From Promethearchaeia archaeon (lineage in GTDB: Archaea; Asgardarchaeota; Lokiarchaeia; Sigyniarchaeales; SOKP01), in assembly GCA_029856155.1 (NCBI GenBank), contig JAHQWL010000066.1, positions 1 to 27,704 of the forward strand: a stretch of 27,704 nt of DNA. Reading direction: 5' to 3'. Below the pieces are notes generated by a model. It was not told the origin of the DNA. It worked only from the letters and a program-made list of their open reading frames with translations, and did not search any database. The position numbers and the translations under genes were made by a program. How positions within the stretch are numbered: the stretch's first letter is position 1; the number at the start of each line of letters is the position of its first letter. Below, piece after piece: positions 27,045 to 27,704 of the stretch.

Positions 27045-27702
27045 AATAAGATTTAAACATTGCTAAATCATCTTTAATATCCCTTATTTTTTCTATGATC
27101 TTATCATGTCTAATAACTTTTGTAATAGCTTCTTCTACAATTTCAAGATCCTCATATGCTTTAGGGTTTTCATAGGTTTGACTTTCAAAATTTCCCTTCC
27201 AAGGTTTTAATTTTGGCATAGATTCAATACTTCTTAAATTCCAATTAATTTTATCTTTATACTCCTTGGTTAAAGTTTTTATATTCGCTTCAACCCATCT
27301 GTGAATAATCCATGGAGCATATTCATGCAATTTATCAAAATCAAAATCTAAATCATATCTCCATTCATATTGATGATCCCAGTTCCCTACTGCTAGATAA
27401 TTCTCATTATCTGATTTATCTGGAGGAAAATATTTCCAAGTATTTCGGTTTATTTTTTCATCTCTAAATGGTCTACCCTCTGCATATTGGAAAAAGTAAC
27501 CTACTTTTTCTAAAATATTTTGGTCTTTTAGGTTTTTTTTCAGATAAATCTCAATTTGGGTAATATCTATTTTACTCTTTATTATTTGTTCTTGAAATAG
27601 CTTAAAAATTACATTCTTTGCTTCATTTGGATGGCTCTTCCCAGTAAAAATTGGATAATATGTAAAACAAAAATAATCATAATTTAAATCAGGAGTTGCT
27701 TT
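27025..27702 (-). CDS. 3' part of an unknown protein (partial, open to the window edge)
   Basis: The frame of ORF 27025..27330 stays open to the window end (KATPDLNYDYFCFTYYPIFTG...). It overlaps the kinase 3' end convergently by 20 nt. Confidence 0.8.
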   Translation of the reverse strand, partial: KATPDLNYDYFCFTYYPIFTGKSHPNEAKNVIFKLFQEQIIKSKIDITQIEIYLKKNLKDQNILEKVGYFFQYAEGRPFRDEKINRNTWKYFPPDKSDNENYLAVGNWDHQYEWRYDLDFDFDKLHEYAPWIIHRWVEANIKTLTKEYKDKINWNLRSIESMPKLKPWKGNFESQTYENPKAYEDLEIVEEAITKVIRHDKIIEKIRDIKDDLAMFKSYFRDLEL

Positions 27703-27704
27703 AT

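Noticed and set aside
1-27704. CRISPR arrays, IS/transposases, rRNA/tRNA genes, prophage
   Set aside because: No spaced direct repeats, transposase/integrase motifs or RNA-gene consensus recognised by eye

Overview
AT-rich archaeal chromosomal window, most likely from an Asgard archaeon (Lokiarchaeia/Promethearchaeota). This assignment is inferred from an IPGF-TM-basic C-terminal sorting signal, a CdhD, an archaemetzincin, a TPR+Cys8 protein, a PAS-linker protein start and GGTGA/GAGGT ribosome-binding sites. Contents in order: a partial PAS protein, archaemetzincin, ADP-ribosylglycohydrolase, a convergent diaminopimelate lysine cluster (dapA-dapB >< lysA-dapF), a surface protein, acyl-CoA ligase, an orphan cdhD, a tautomerase, a TPR-RING-like protein, a small decaying region with two stop-interrupted genes, a tusA-dsrE/LysR divergon, a compact his operon (hisIE-G-D-C-B-H-AF), a Pro-rich membrane protein, an FGGY kinase and a partial unknown gene. 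Most notable items not in the ORF track: (1) a 43-codon His-rich leader ORF with alternative hairpins and a terminator-like stem upstream of the his operon, a candidate ribosome-dependent attenuator in an archaeon; (2) a ~115-nt structured minus-strand RNA with C/D-box or K-turn-like motifs, enclosed by a perfect 17-bp inverted repeat, between dapB and lysA; (3) probable ATA/ATT start codons in hisH and cdhD. Also notable are a HisA-HisF fusion, a degenerate-barrel-HisIE fusion and a Not4-type C4C4 RING spacing on a TPR protein. No tRNA, rRNA, CRISPR array or transposase was seen.
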